Shown here: piece after piece, positions 1 through 9,164 of the stretch
Layout: the number at the start of each line of letters is the position of its first letter
How positions within the stretch are numbered: position 1 is the first letter of the stretch
Assembly: GCA_965262915.1 (NCBI GenBank)
Contig: OZ253564.1
Coordinates: 864,001 to 928,000 of the forward strand
DNA: 64,000 nucleotides
Direction of reading: 5' to 3'
From: Candidatus Spongiisociaceae bacterium
GTDB taxonomy: Bacteria; Actinomycetota; Acidimicrobiia; Spongiisociales; Spongiisociaceae
Program-made: the position numbers and the translations under genes
Notes under the pieces: model-generated
Told to the model about the DNA's origin: nothing
The model's database searches: none
The model's input: only the letters and a program-made list of their open reading frames with translations

Positions 1-1142
1 TGAGCTACGGGCAGATATTCGCCCGCAACGCCAACCTGCCTTCCGCCCAGCTGGCGGCCCGGATCGCGGGCTTGGCCCCGGCCGGCCTCGACAAAGTCTT
101 TTTCAGCACCGGAGGGTCGATCGCCAACGAGACGGCGGTACGGACCGCCCACCACTACTTCCGGCTCCAGGGCCGGGACAGCAAGCGGTTCGTCCTCAGC
201 GTCGACCAGTCGTTCCACGGGTCCAGCTACCTGGCGGCATCGCTGACCTTCTCGGGCAACTACCACGAGACGTTCCATGTGGTGGATGTGGTCCGCAAGA
301 TCACCTCGCCCTACCCCTACCGCGCCCCGGACGGGCTGGAAGGGGACGACTTCGTCGACTATCTGGTGGACGACCTTGGACAGGTCATTACCCGCCTGGG
401 CGCGGACAACATCGCCTGCTTCATCCTGGAGCCGGTGTTGGGGGCCGGTGGGGTGATAGTGCCGCCCGACGGCTACCACGCCCGGATGGTGGAGGTCTGC
501 CGGGCCAACGACATCTTCGTGATCGCCGACGAGGTCGTAACGGGGTTCGGCCGCTTGGGCCACTTCATGGCGGCCGAGCCGGTGTTCGGGATGGAAGCCG
601 ACATGGTGACCCTGGGGAAGGGGATCAGTTCGGCATACCAGCCGCTGGCCGCCACGCTCGTGTCGAACCGCATCCACGAGGTCATCAGCGCCTCCAAAGA
701 CCCTGATCAGATCTACGCCCACGGGTTCACCCACTCGGGCCATCCTGTGTGTTGCGCGGCCGGTCTCGCCAACATCGACATCATGGAGCGGGAGGACATC
801 TGCGGCCACGTCACCCGGGTCGGAGCAGGGTTCCAGGCCCGGCTACGTGACCTCTACGACTCTCCCCTGGTGGGCGAAGTACGGGGCATGGGGTTCATGG
901 CCTGCGTCGAGTTGGTACAGGACCGGACCACCAAGGCGCTATTCCATTCCGATGTGGGGATATCCGGCCGGGTCGAGACCTACTGCCGGGGCCAGGGCCT
1001 GATCGTGCGACCCCTCCGCCAGCACATCATCCTGTCACCCCCGCTGGTGATGACCGCCGACCAGGGTGAATGGGTAGTTGAGGTGATCCATCGCAGCCTG
1101 GAGCGGGTGGAGTCCGACCTGCGGGCCGACGGTCTGCTCTGA
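1..1142 (+). CDS. Class III PLP aminotransferase, 5'-truncated by the window edge
   Basis: Frame is open from position 3; motifs FHGSS, FILEPVLGAGG, IADEVVTGFGRLG, LGKGISS (PLP Lys), HGFTHSGHP. Confidence 0.9.
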   Translation, partial: SYGQIFARNANLPSAQLAARIAGLAPAGLDKVFFSTGGSIANETAVRTAHHYFRLQGRDSKRFVLSVDQSFHGSSYLAASLTFSGNYHETFHVVDVVRKITSPYPYRAPDGLEGDDFVDYLVDDLGQVITRLGADNIACFILEPVLGAGGVIVPPDGYHARMVEVCRANDIFVIADEVVTGFGRLGHFMAAEPVFGMEADMVTLGKGISSAYQPLAATLVSNRIHEVISASKDPDQIYAHGFTHSGHPVCCAAGLANIDIMEREDICGHVTRVGAGFQARLRDLYDSPLVGEVRGMGFMACVELVQDRTTKALFHSDVGISGRVETYCRGQGLIVRPLRQHIILSPPLVMTADQGEWVVEVIHRSLERVESDLRADGLL

Positions 1143-1284
1143 CACCAACGCCGGGATTGGATCCATCGCCGTCCGGTAGATCTCACGCCGATGCCTAGGA
1201 AGGTCCGGTAAGACGGTGGGGAGCAACGGCCCGTCTTCTTCTTAACAGGCATTATGTCATCGACCGACGGGTCGTGAAGGGGTC

Positions 1285-2403
1285 TTGCACCACCCTCCTG
1301 GCTCCGTGATCCGGGCCGCGGTATTGCGGGACTCCGGCCCCGAACTGCATCTCGAGGAGCTGCACCTGGCCGATCCGGGACCCGGCGAGGTACGGGTTCG
1401 GATCGCGGCGGCGGCCATCTGCGGGAGCGACGTCGCCTACATAGACGGCAAGTGGGAATCACCGAGGCCTGCCGTGTTCGGACACGAGGCCGCCGGAGTG
1501 ATAGACGCGTTGGGTCCGGGGGTCGAGGAACCTGGCATCGGGGACCGGGTGGCGGTCACGCTGGTGCGGCATTGCGGATCGTGCCGCTACTGCACCCGTG
1601 GGGACTTGGTCGCCTGCGTGGGCAGGTTCTCGCTGGACGAGCACAGCCCCCTTCTCGACTCGTCGGGTGCGGAGGTGTACCACGGACTTCGGGTGGCTGC
1701 GTTCGCGTCGGCGGTGGTGGTTCACCACTCGCAGGCCGTTCCCGTCCGACCCGAGATCGGCCTGGACTTGGCTGCCTTGCTCTCCTGCGGCGTGCTGACC
1801 GGTGTAGGGGCCGTGCTCAACACTGCTGCAGTGCGGTCCGGTTCGCATGTGGTGGTATTCGGTTGCGGAGGGGTGGGGCTCAACGTGGTGCAAGGAGCCG
1901 ACCTCGCCGGCGCGGCGACGGTGACCGTCGTCGACCCGGACCAACGCAAGTTGGTGGCGGCTTGCCGCTTCGGCGCAACCGCCGCGGTCGGTGCCGAGGA
2001 CGATATCGAGGCTGCCGTATGCGCGGCCACCCGGGGAGCGATGGCGGACTACGTGTTCGTGGCTACCTCATCGGTCGCCGCGGTGGAGGCGGGGTTTGAA
2101 GTGCTGGCGCCGATGGGGGCGCTGGTGTTGGTGGGGATACCTCCGACCGGGGTCACGGCGAGCCTGGATGTGGGCGCGGTGGCGGGCTTCAACCAGCGGG
2201 TTCTCGGCTCGAAGATGGGTTCGTGCCGGCCGGCCGACGATATCCCCAAGCTGGCCGCTCTCTACAACAGTGGCCGGATCGAGTTGGATGGTTTGATAAG
2301 CGGTCGTTACCGGTTAGAAGACATCGATGAGGCTATCGAATCGACCCGCCGCGGCGACGCGCTGCGAAACTTGGTGATCATGACGGAAGGGTTGATCGAG
2401 TGA
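1285..2403 (+). CDS. Zn-dependent medium-chain alcohol dehydrogenase
   Basis: ICGSD, GHEAAG, CGSCRYCxxGxxxxC structural Zn site, LLSCGVLTG, GCGGVG Rossmann motif; GAAGGGG upstream of TTG. Confidence 0.9.
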   Translation: MHHPPGSVIRAAVLRDSGPELHLEELHLADPGPGEVRVRIAAAAICGSDVAYIDGKWESPRPAVFGHEAAGVIDALGPGVEEPGIGDRVAVTLVRHCGSCRYCTRGDLVACVGRFSLDEHSPLLDSSGAEVYHGLRVAAFASAVVVHHSQAVPVRPEIGLDLAALLSCGVLTGVGAVLNTAAVRSGSHVVVFGCGGVGLNVVQGADLAGAATVTVVDPDQRKLVAACRFGATAAVGAEDDIEAAVCAATRGAMADYVFVATSSVAAVEAGFEVLAPMGALVLVGIPPTGVTASLDVGAVAGFNQRVLGSKMGSCRPADDIPKLAALYNSGRIELDGLISGRYRLEDIDEAIESTRRGDALRNLVIMTEGLIE

Positions 2404-3614
2404 AGATCGCCGACATGGAGACGTTCGTGGTGGCCAACCCGCCGCCGGGCTTCGGCGGTCGCTACTTCGTGTTCGTCAAGCTCACCACCGACGACGGGAT
2501 AGTCGGCTACGGCGAGCACTACGGGGCCATGTTCAGGCCGCCGGTGGTCGAGGCGATGCTGGCGGATGTCGCCGAGGCGCTGCTGATCGGAGAGGATCCG
2601 TTCCGGATCGAGATCTTCTTCCGCCGGGCCTACGGACGGGGTTTTACGGCTCGGCCCGACGTGTCGATGGCCGGAGTGGTCAGCGCACTGGAGATGGCGT
2701 GCTGGGACATCATCGGCAAGGCCCTGGACAAGCCGGTCCATGCCCTGCTCGGCGGGCAGGTCCGGGACGCCGTGCGTTCCTACACCTATCTCTACCCCGA
2801 ATCGGGGGACGAGGGTGACGTGTACCTCGATCCCGATCTGGCTGCAGGTCGCGCCGCGGAGTACGTCGAACAGGGCTTCACGGCGGTGAAGTTCGATCCG
2901 GCGGGACCCTACTCGTCGATGGGCGGTTACCAGCCGCACCTGGAGCGGATCTACCTGTCGGTGCGCTTCTGCGCGGCGATTCGTGAAGCTGTCGGCACCC
3001 GCGCCGACATACTCTTCGGTACCCACGGGCAGTTCACGCCCGCCGGCGCCATCCGTCTCGCCACCAGGCTCGAGCCCTTCGATCCCCTGTGGTTCGAGGA
3101 ACCGGTCCCTCCCGACGCCATCGCCGGAATGGCACGGGTCCGGAGCCACACCTCGATCCCCATCGCCGCCGGTGAGCGGCTCGTTAACAAGGTCGAGTTC
3201 GCCCAACTGGTAGCGGCAGCCGCGGTCGACATCGTGCAGCCCGACCTGGGCCGGTGCGGAGGCCTGCTGGAAGGCAAGAAGATCGCCTCGATAGCGGAAG
3301 CTCATGGTGTGCAGGTGGCGCCGCATTGCTACAGCGGGCCTATCGTCGGCGCTGCCAACCTGCAACTGGCCGCCTGCACACCGAACCTCCTGATCCTCGA
3401 GGCGATCAAGGACTGGGGCGGTTTCCACGCCCAGTTGCTGAAGGAGCCCCTGCGGTTGGAGGACGGTCACACGGTCGTTCCGTCCACTCCCGGTCTGGGG
3501 GTGGAACTCGACGAGGATGTTGCCCGAGCACACGCCTTCGAAGGGGAGGAGCTCCATCTCGAGATGGAGGACGACCCGGTCGACTACCGCGATCGCCGCT
3601 GGGCCGGCCGCTGA
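2400..3614 (+). CDS. Mandelate racemase/muconate lactonizing (enolase superfamily) enzyme
   Basis: WDIIGKALDKPVHALLGG, WFEEP, AAGER, DIVQPD, APH, PGLGVELD; overlaps the upstream stop (GTGA). Confidence 0.9.
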   Translation: MKIADMETFVVANPPPGFGGRYFVFVKLTTDDGIVGYGEHYGAMFRPPVVEAMLADVAEALLIGEDPFRIEIFFRRAYGRGFTARPDVSMAGVVSALEMACWDIIGKALDKPVHALLGGQVRDAVRSYTYLYPESGDEGDVYLDPDLAAGRAAEYVEQGFTAVKFDPAGPYSSMGGYQPHLERIYLSVRFCAAIREAVGTRADILFGTHGQFTPAGAIRLATRLEPFDPLWFEEPVPPDAIAGMARVRSHTSIPIAAGERLVNKVEFAQLVAAAAVDIVQPDLGRCGGLLEGKKIASIAEAHGVQVAPHCYSGPIVGAANLQLAACTPNLLILEAIKDWGGFHAQLLKEPLRLEDGHTVVPSTPGLGVELDEDVARAHAFEGEELHLEMEDDPVDYRDRRWAGR

Positions 3615-3625
3615 GCTTCCCGGCG

Positions 3626-3773
3626 TAAGAGGGCGCGGATAGGTGCTCACCTGGGGAAACACCGAGGTCGACGGTTGATGAGTACACGACGATGACCAGG
3701 GGTTCTTCGCGCTGAAGCCGGGTAGGGTCCATTGACAGGGGCGGCTACGGTCCGGCTATCCGCGCACCCTCTA
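3626..3773. mobile_element. MITE-like element family B, copy 1 (about 148 bp)
   Basis: Terminal inverted repeats GCGCGGATAG ... CTATCCGCGC; interior co-linear with 21810-21960 (CCTGGGG.AACA, GGTTGA.GAGT.CAC, CGATGACCAGGG, GAAGCCGG). Confidence 0.7.
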
Positions 3774-3814
3774 ATGATCCTCGCCGACCGGTGAGGTTTC
3801 AGCACCCTCCTACC

Positions 3815-3832
3815 GACCGCCGGCCGGCGGTC
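3815..3832. terminator. GC-rich palindrome between convergent genes, possible terminator
   Basis: Perfect 18-bp palindrome GACCGCCGGCCGGCGGTC; no U-tract. Confidence 0.4.
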
Positions 3833-3841
3833 ACAGATCCG

Positions 3842-4996
3842 TTACCAGTTGTCGTAGGCGTCCACCGGCCAGATATCCACCAGGGTGTCGCCGCTGACGA
3901 CGTGGAAGTAGCGGTAGAGGACGGTGGTCTGGTAGCAGTGGGGGGGCAGGATCTCCACCACGTCACCGACCTCCAAGCGGTCCTTGCCGGGATTGGCGAA
4001 CTTGACCTTCCCCATGTCGTCGCCCGCCATCTCGTAGACGGCGCCGGGAGGGCCTCCTCGCAGGATCACCGGATGTTCGATCCCGAAGATCACGTCCACT
4101 TCCTTGATGCCGGCGTCGGTGATGGCGAACTCGGGCTGACAGTTGCTGATGACGGTGGTCCGCACGAACAGGGCCGGGCCGAAGGGGCCGGGTTCGTCGC
4201 TGCGCTGCACCACGTTGTAGTAGTTGACGTCCATCAGTACGTAGGTACCGGCCTGGATCTCGGTGAACACTCCCAACTCGTGGTCGATGTCGTGGCTACC
4301 TGTTCCCCCACCGGAGACGATCTCCGGGTCGAGGCCCTCCGCCCGGAGTCGTTCTACCACCCGGACGACCGGCTCTATCACTTCCAGTCCCCGCTTACGG
4401 CGTGCCTCGAAGTCCACCGTGTTCATGTGATGGCCGGTGTATCCCTGCACGCCCGCGTATTCGAGTCCCTCGGTATCCACGATCAGGCGGGCTAGCGCGA
4501 CGGCGTCGTCCTCGTCGGCGATCCCGGTGCGGTAGCTGCCCGTCTCCAAGTCGACGAGGACCCTGATGGGGCGTCCCGACCGACGGGCGGCCTCCCCGAG
4601 TTGGCGGACGTTGGCGGCGTGGTCGGCGCACACGATGAAGCCTTCGGCCCGGGCGTTCAACTCAGCGATACGGTCCAGCTTGGGGGTGGTGACCACCGAC
4701 GTGAACAGCATCACGTCGGTGAACCCGGCATCGACAAATACCTCACACTCGGCCAGCGTGGCGCAGCAGGGCCCGCGTCCTCCCGCCTCGACCTGGCGGC
4801 GGGTTATCTCGATCGATTTGTGGATCTTGCCCACAGGGCGGACCTCGTAGTCGTGGGCCGCGGCGTGCTCGGCCAGCGAGGCGATGTTGGCGTCCATGAT
4901 GTCCACGTCGATAACGAGCGACGGGGTTCCCAGCTGGTGGCGAGATCCCGGCACGCCGATCAGGTGCTCGTTAGGTCCCCTCGTGCCTACAGTCAT
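3842..4996 (-). CDS. Fold-type III PLP enzyme (DSD1/D-threonine aldolase-like)
   Basis: TPSLVID, RPVGKIHKS (PLP Lys), RTG, QGYTGH, SGGGTGS, EIQAGTYVLMD, DAGIK. Confidence 0.85.
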   Translation of the reverse strand: MTVGTRGPNEHLIGVPGSRHQLGTPSLVIDVDIMDANIASLAEHAAAHDYEVRPVGKIHKSIEITRRQVEAGGRGPCCATLAECEVFVDAGFTDVMLFTSVVTTPKLDRIAELNARAEGFIVCADHAANVRQLGEAARRSGRPIRVLVDLETGSYRTGIADEDDAVALARLIVDTEGLEYAGVQGYTGHHMNTVDFEARRKRGLEVIEPVVRVVERLRAEGLDPEIVSGGGTGSHDIDHELGVFTEIQAGTYVLMDVNYYNVVQRSDEPGPFGPALFVRTTVISNCQPEFAITDAGIKEVDVIFGIEHPVILRGGPPGAVYEMAGDDMGKVKFANPGKDRLEVGDVVEILPPHCYQTTVLYRYFHVVSGDTLVDIWPVDAYDNW

Positions 4997-5105
4997 CTGC
5001 GACCTCCTTCCACGCCGATCTCGACGAGTATATGAACGGCCGGCTGCAGGCGGATTGCTCGATTCCGTTGGCGTCTAGGCTCGGTCCGGCGATTCGGGAG
5101 GTGGC

Positions 5106-6326
5106 ATGTTTGCTGTAGGGCTGCGATGCGTGGAGTGCCGGCTGGAGACCGATCTGGGCGGGCATTTCTTCGGGTGCCGCGAGTGCGGCGGCGCCTTGGA
5201 GACCGTCTACGACGAAGCTCGGGTAGCCGCGAGTGTCACCATCGACGAGTGGCGCGGTCGGGACGACCGGTCGATGTGGCGGTACCGGGAACTGCTGCCG
5301 GTCGCGGACCACTCGGCGGTCATCAGCCTCGGCGAGGGACGAACGCCGCTTATCCACCTTCCCGCATCTGCCGACAACCCGCTCTCGGGTATCTGGGTAC
5401 AGAACGAGACCGTCAACCCCACCTACTCCTTCAAGGACCGGTTCCACTCGTCCGCACAGTCGATGGCGCGCCAGCTCGGTTACGACCGGATCGTATGCTC
5501 CACCACCGGGAACCACGGTATGAGCGCGGCGGCCTACGCGGCAAGAGGCGGTCTCCGGTGCGTGATCCTGGTCGATCCCAGGGCGCCGGTGGTTCAGCGC
5601 CAGTGGATGCACCTGTTCGGCGCCACCGTCATCGTCGAGATGAAGCGCCAACCTCCCCTCGAGAACTTTGTGCGTAACCACGGCTGGTACCCGTCCACAT
5701 ACATGACACCCAACCCCGTAGCCACGCCGTACGGGATGGAGGGTTACAAGACCATGGCCTACGACGCCACGCTGGCGCTCGGCCGCGTACCGGACCACTT
5801 CATCGTTCCGATCGCGGCGGGGGACGGTCTGTATGGACCGTGGAAAGGGTTCGGGGAGATGGCCCGGCTGGGGTGGACCGATTCGATCCCCAAGCTGCAC
5901 GGTATCCAGCCGGTGGCGGCCAACCCGATAGTGCGGTCCTTCCGGGACGGGTCGGACACCGTCCCCTACATCCAGGATCCCGAGACCATCGCTCTCTCGA
6001 TAGGCGACCCGACCGGAGGCGCCATGACCTTGCGCGCGATCCGGGAGTCAGGAGGGCAGGCGATCGACGTCTCCGACGAGGAGATAGTCGCCGCCACCCG
6101 CTACGCGGCCACCGCCGGCCTGAGCCCGGAGCCTTCCTCGGCGGCTTCGCTGGCCGGCGCGTGGGCGCTGGCGAGGCAGGGTGCCATCGCCTCCCACGAA
6201 ACCGTAGTGTGCCTGTTTACGGGGGCCGGTCCCAAGTGGCCCGAGACCACCGATCTGCTGGTCGAGGAAGACGAGATTGTGAGCCCCGGCTCCGAATGGC
6301 TGGAGCGCCTCGCAACCGGCGTGTAG
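5106..6326 (+). CDS. Threonine synthase-like fold II PLP enzyme
   Basis: N-terminal CxxC...CxxC, MWRYRELLP, SLGEGRTPL, NPTYSFKDR, EGYKT, EPSSAA, TGAGPK. Confidence 0.85.
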   Translation: MFAVGLRCVECRLETDLGGHFFGCRECGGALETVYDEARVAASVTIDEWRGRDDRSMWRYRELLPVADHSAVISLGEGRTPLIHLPASADNPLSGIWVQNETVNPTYSFKDRFHSSAQSMARQLGYDRIVCSTTGNHGMSAAAYAARGGLRCVILVDPRAPVVQRQWMHLFGATVIVEMKRQPPLENFVRNHGWYPSTYMTPNPVATPYGMEGYKTMAYDATLALGRVPDHFIVPIAAGDGLYGPWKGFGEMARLGWTDSIPKLHGIQPVAANPIVRSFRDGSDTVPYIQDPETIALSIGDPTGGAMTLRAIRESGGQAIDVSDEEIVAATRYAATAGLSPEPSSAASLAGAWALARQGAIASHETVVCLFTGAGPKWPETTDLLVEEDEIVSPGSEWLERLATGV

Positions 6327-6525
6327 GGGCCGCGTCCCGCCGTTCGGAAAACTGGTATCTGAAACTCCCCTATAGCTATGCTGAAAAGCCTTGTTATAGC
6401 CATATCGTCGCCTTCCAGGCCGGTCGCAGACACACGGAGTGATAGGGGTACGGCGACCATTGCACCGGGCTGTGGTTCTCGGCAAGGCCACGGACCGGCC
6501 CGACCCGTTAGGATGTATCACCACA

Positions 6526-7512
6526 ATGATGCCCGATACCGACATCCTCCTCAGCCTGTACCGCCTGATGATGCGCATCCGCGTCTTCGAGGAGAAGGTG
6601 CAGGAACTCCATAAGCTCGGCCGGCTGCCCGGCTTCGTGCACGTCTACCTGGGCGAGGAGGCGGTGGCGGTGGGCGCGTGCAGCGTGCTGCGGGACACCG
6701 ATCACATAACCAGTACCCACCGGGGTCATGGTCACTGCATAGCCAAGGGGGCGGACGTTGCCCCGATGATGGCCGAGCTGTTCGGACGGGTGGACGGCTA
6801 CTGCCGGGGCAAGGGCGGTTCGATGCACATAATCGATACCAGCCTCGGGATACTGGGCGCCAACGGCATCGTTGGAGGTGGGATCCCGATGGCTACCGGA
6901 TCCGCCCTGGCCGACTCGGTCCTCGACCGCGACGGCGTGACGGTCTGCTTCTTCGGGGACGGCGCCGCCAACCAGGGAGTTCTGCTCGAGGCCCTGAACC
7001 TGGCCGCGATCTGGAAGCTGCCCATCATCTACCTGTGCGAGTCCAACCAGTACATGGAGTTCACTCCCACCACCGACCTCACCGCGGGGAGGATCTACCG
7101 CCGAGCCGAACCGTTCGGCGTGGCCGGTCAGGAGGTGGACGGCAACGACGTCCTGGAAGTCCGACGGGTCGTCGGAGAGGCAGCAGACCGGGCCCGACGG
7201 GGGGAGGGTCCCACTTTGATCGAGGCGGTGACCTACCGCTTCTCCGGTCACAGCGAGGGCGAGAGCGCGTTCGTGTCGGCCTATCGCACCGAGGAGGAAA
7301 TAGCGAGTTGGAAGGCCCGCGATCCGGTTACCTGCTTTCGTGACCTGATCCTGGTCGAGACCGCTGTCACAGCCCGGGAACTCGACGCCATCGACGCCGC
7401 GGAGTTCGCGGCCGTGAAGGCGGCGGTCCGCTTCGCCGAGGCCAGCCCGTTCCCTTCGCCCGACGAGGCTCTCGATCACGTATTCGCGGAGAGTCGTCTG
7501 TCTGCAAAATGA
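6526..7512 (+). CDS. TPP-dependent dehydrogenase E1 alpha (AcoA/PdhA-like), pair 1
   Basis: HVYLGEEA, STHRGHGH, GKGGSMH, FGDGA...ESN, TYRFSGH; ATG at 6526 chosen over the longer ORF start. Confidence 0.9.
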   Translation: MMPDTDILLSLYRLMMRIRVFEEKVQELHKLGRLPGFVHVYLGEEAVAVGACSVLRDTDHITSTHRGHGHCIAKGADVAPMMAELFGRVDGYCRGKGGSMHIIDTSLGILGANGIVGGGIPMATGSALADSVLDRDGVTVCFFGDGAANQGVLLEALNLAAIWKLPIIYLCESNQYMEFTPTTDLTAGRIYRRAEPFGVAGQEVDGNDVLEVRRVVGEAADRARRGEGPTLIEAVTYRFSGHSEGESAFVSAYRTEEEIASWKARDPVTCFRDLILVETAVTARELDAIDAAEFAAVKAAVRFAEASPFPSPDEALDHVFAESRLSAK

Positions 7513-7655
7513 TTCGCCGTGTCCTGCTTGCCATCGACGCCCCTCGCTGCGTTCCGCCTCCTCGACGTACGCTCCCGGTACGCCTTCGTCGGCGGGCCTT
7601 GCGAGGAACGCCGCTGCCGGCGCATGCCACGGCACCATTCCACAGACAGACCACT
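7492..7655 (+). mobile_element. MITE/REP-like family A, full-length copy (164 bp)
   Basis: Ends AGTCGTCTGTCTG / CAGACAGACCACT; core CGCCTTCGTCGGCGGGCCTTGCGAGGAACGCCGCTGCCGGCGCAT shared with the 8986 and 22351 copies. Confidence 0.85.
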
Positions 7656-7666
7656 GCGAAAGGACG

Positions 7667-8662
7667 ATGATGGCCAACGCCTATTTCATGCAGGCCATGA
7701 ACCAGGCACTGCGGGCGGCCATGGAAGAGGACGAGACGGTGATCGTCCTGGGCGAGGACGTGGATCGCGGTGTCTTCGGTGTTACCCGGGGCTTGATCGA
7801 CCGCTTCGGCGCCAACCGGATCCGCAAGACACCCATCTCGGAAGCCACGTTCGTGGGCGCCGCGGTCGGGGCGGCCGCGGCCGGTCTGCGCCCGTTCGCC
7901 CATGTGATGTTCTCCAGCTTCTTCTACGTGGCCATGGACCAGGTCGCCAACCAGGCTGCCCGCCTCCGCTACATGTCGGGCGGCCAGGTGGAGCTACCCA
8001 TCGTCTACTTCGCCGGGACGGGGCCTTCCGGTTCCGCCGCAGCGCAGCACTCGGAGAATCCCCATTCGATCCTCATGCATACGGCAGGGCTGAAGGTCGT
8101 GATGCCGAGCACCCCCTACGATGCCAAGGGCTTGATGATCGCGTCCATCCGGGATCCGAACCCGGTCGTGTTTCTTGCCGACCTGCGGCTCTCCCGCCGG
8201 CGCGAGCCGGTACCCCGCGATGCCTACGAGATCCCTCTCGGGGTGGCCGACATCAAACGGTCAGGCGAGGATGTCACGGTCGTGGCGCTGGCTTCGGTGG
8301 TTCACATGGCCGTCGACGTGGCAGACAAACTGGAGGCCGAGGGAGTATCGGTCGAGGTGATCGATCCCCGGAGCCTCGTGCCGCTCGATTGGGACACGAT
8401 CGTCTCATCGGTTCGCAAGACCGGACGGCTGGTGGTCGCCGACCCGGCTCGGCGGCTCTGTGGCATGGCGGCGGAGATCATCGCAGGGGTCACGGAGAGG
8501 GCCTGGGAGTCGCTTCGGTCCCAGCCCCGACGGGTCACCTGGCCCGACATACCGGTTCCCTTCAGCCCCGCATTGGAGAAGGTGCTGGACATAGGGGCAG
8601 ACGATATCGACCAGGCTGTCCGAGCTACGCTGGCTGACCGGGTGCCGGTAGGTTCGGCTTGA
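7667..8662 (+). CDS. TPP-dependent dehydrogenase E1 beta, pair 1
   Basis: LGEDV, TPISE, GLRP, AAQHS, EVIDPRSLVPLD. Confidence 0.9.
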   Translation: MMANAYFMQAMNQALRAAMEEDETVIVLGEDVDRGVFGVTRGLIDRFGANRIRKTPISEATFVGAAVGAAAAGLRPFAHVMFSSFFYVAMDQVANQAARLRYMSGGQVELPIVYFAGTGPSGSAAAQHSENPHSILMHTAGLKVVMPSTPYDAKGLMIASIRDPNPVVFLADLRLSRRREPVPRDAYEIPLGVADIKRSGEDVTVVALASVVHMAVDVADKLEAEGVSVEVIDPRSLVPLDWDTIVSSVRKTGRLVVADPARRLCGMAAEIIAGVTERAWESLRSQPRRVTWPDIPVPFSPALEKVLDIGADDIDQAVRATLADRVPVGSA

Positions 8663-8678
8663 AGGAAGGCAGGGTGGC

Positions 8679-8912
8679 ATGCAGGTGATACTTCCGAAGT
8701 GGGGCGTGTCGATGCAGGACGCGGTGTTGATACGCTGGTTGAAGCCGGTCGGCGCGCCGGTCGCGGAGGGTGAACCGCTAGCCGAGTTCGAAACCGACAA
8801 GGTCGAGGTCGAACTGGAATCGCCGGCTTCGGGCATCCTCACCCGGGTGTTCGCCGCCGAGGAGGACACCGTCGATGTCGGGGCTGTGATAGCCGAGATC
8901 GAAGAAACCTGA
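8679..8912 (+). CDS. Stand-alone lipoyl-attachment domain protein
   Basis: 77 aa; LPKWG.SM, W, ETDKV (lipoyl Lys), ESPASG. Confidence 0.85.
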   Translation: MQVILPKWGVSMQDAVLIRWLKPVGAPVAEGEPLAEFETDKVEVELESPASGILTRVFAAEEDTVDVGAVIAEIEET

Positions 8913-8913
8913 G

Positions 8914-8985
8914 CGTGGTCTGTCTGGAAAACAACTTGCCGTGCCCTGCTTGCATGCCACGAAGCTATCTCACAGACAGACGTTG
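8914..8985 (+). mobile_element. Family A short copy (about 72 bp, internal segment absent)
   Basis: GTGGTCTGTCTGGAAAACAACTTGCCGTG...TGCTTGCATGCCAC...CACAGACAGAC. Confidence 0.8.
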
Positions 8986-9150
8986 GGTGGTCTGTCTGCG
9001 AAACAACTTGCCGTGCTCTGCTTGCCAGCAACGCCCCTCGCTTCGTTCCACCTCCTTGACGTACCGCTGCGGGTACGCCTTCGTCGGCGGGCCTTGCGAG
9101 GAACGCCGCTGCCGGCGCATATCACGGCGCAGTTTCACAGACAGACCACG
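8986..9150 (+). mobile_element. Family A full-length copy (165 bp), tandem to the short copy
   Basis: GTGGTCTGTCTG ... CAGACAGACCAC with the shared core. Confidence 0.85.
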
Positions 9151-9164
9151 AGTGATCCGTACCA

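Noticed and set aside
5106-6326. Assigning the gene symbol thrC
   Set aside because: Divergent motifs (QNET, TTGNHG) and a catabolic context with no thrA/thrB.
6371-6403. TATAGCTAT/TATAGCCAT direct repeat upstream of E1 alpha
   Set aside because: Plausible regulator site but only one instance and no cognate regulator can be assigned.
7492-9150. Family A repeats as a CRISPR array
   Set aside because: Units are 70-165 bp, dispersed, bounded by inverted ends, with no unique spacers and no cas genes.
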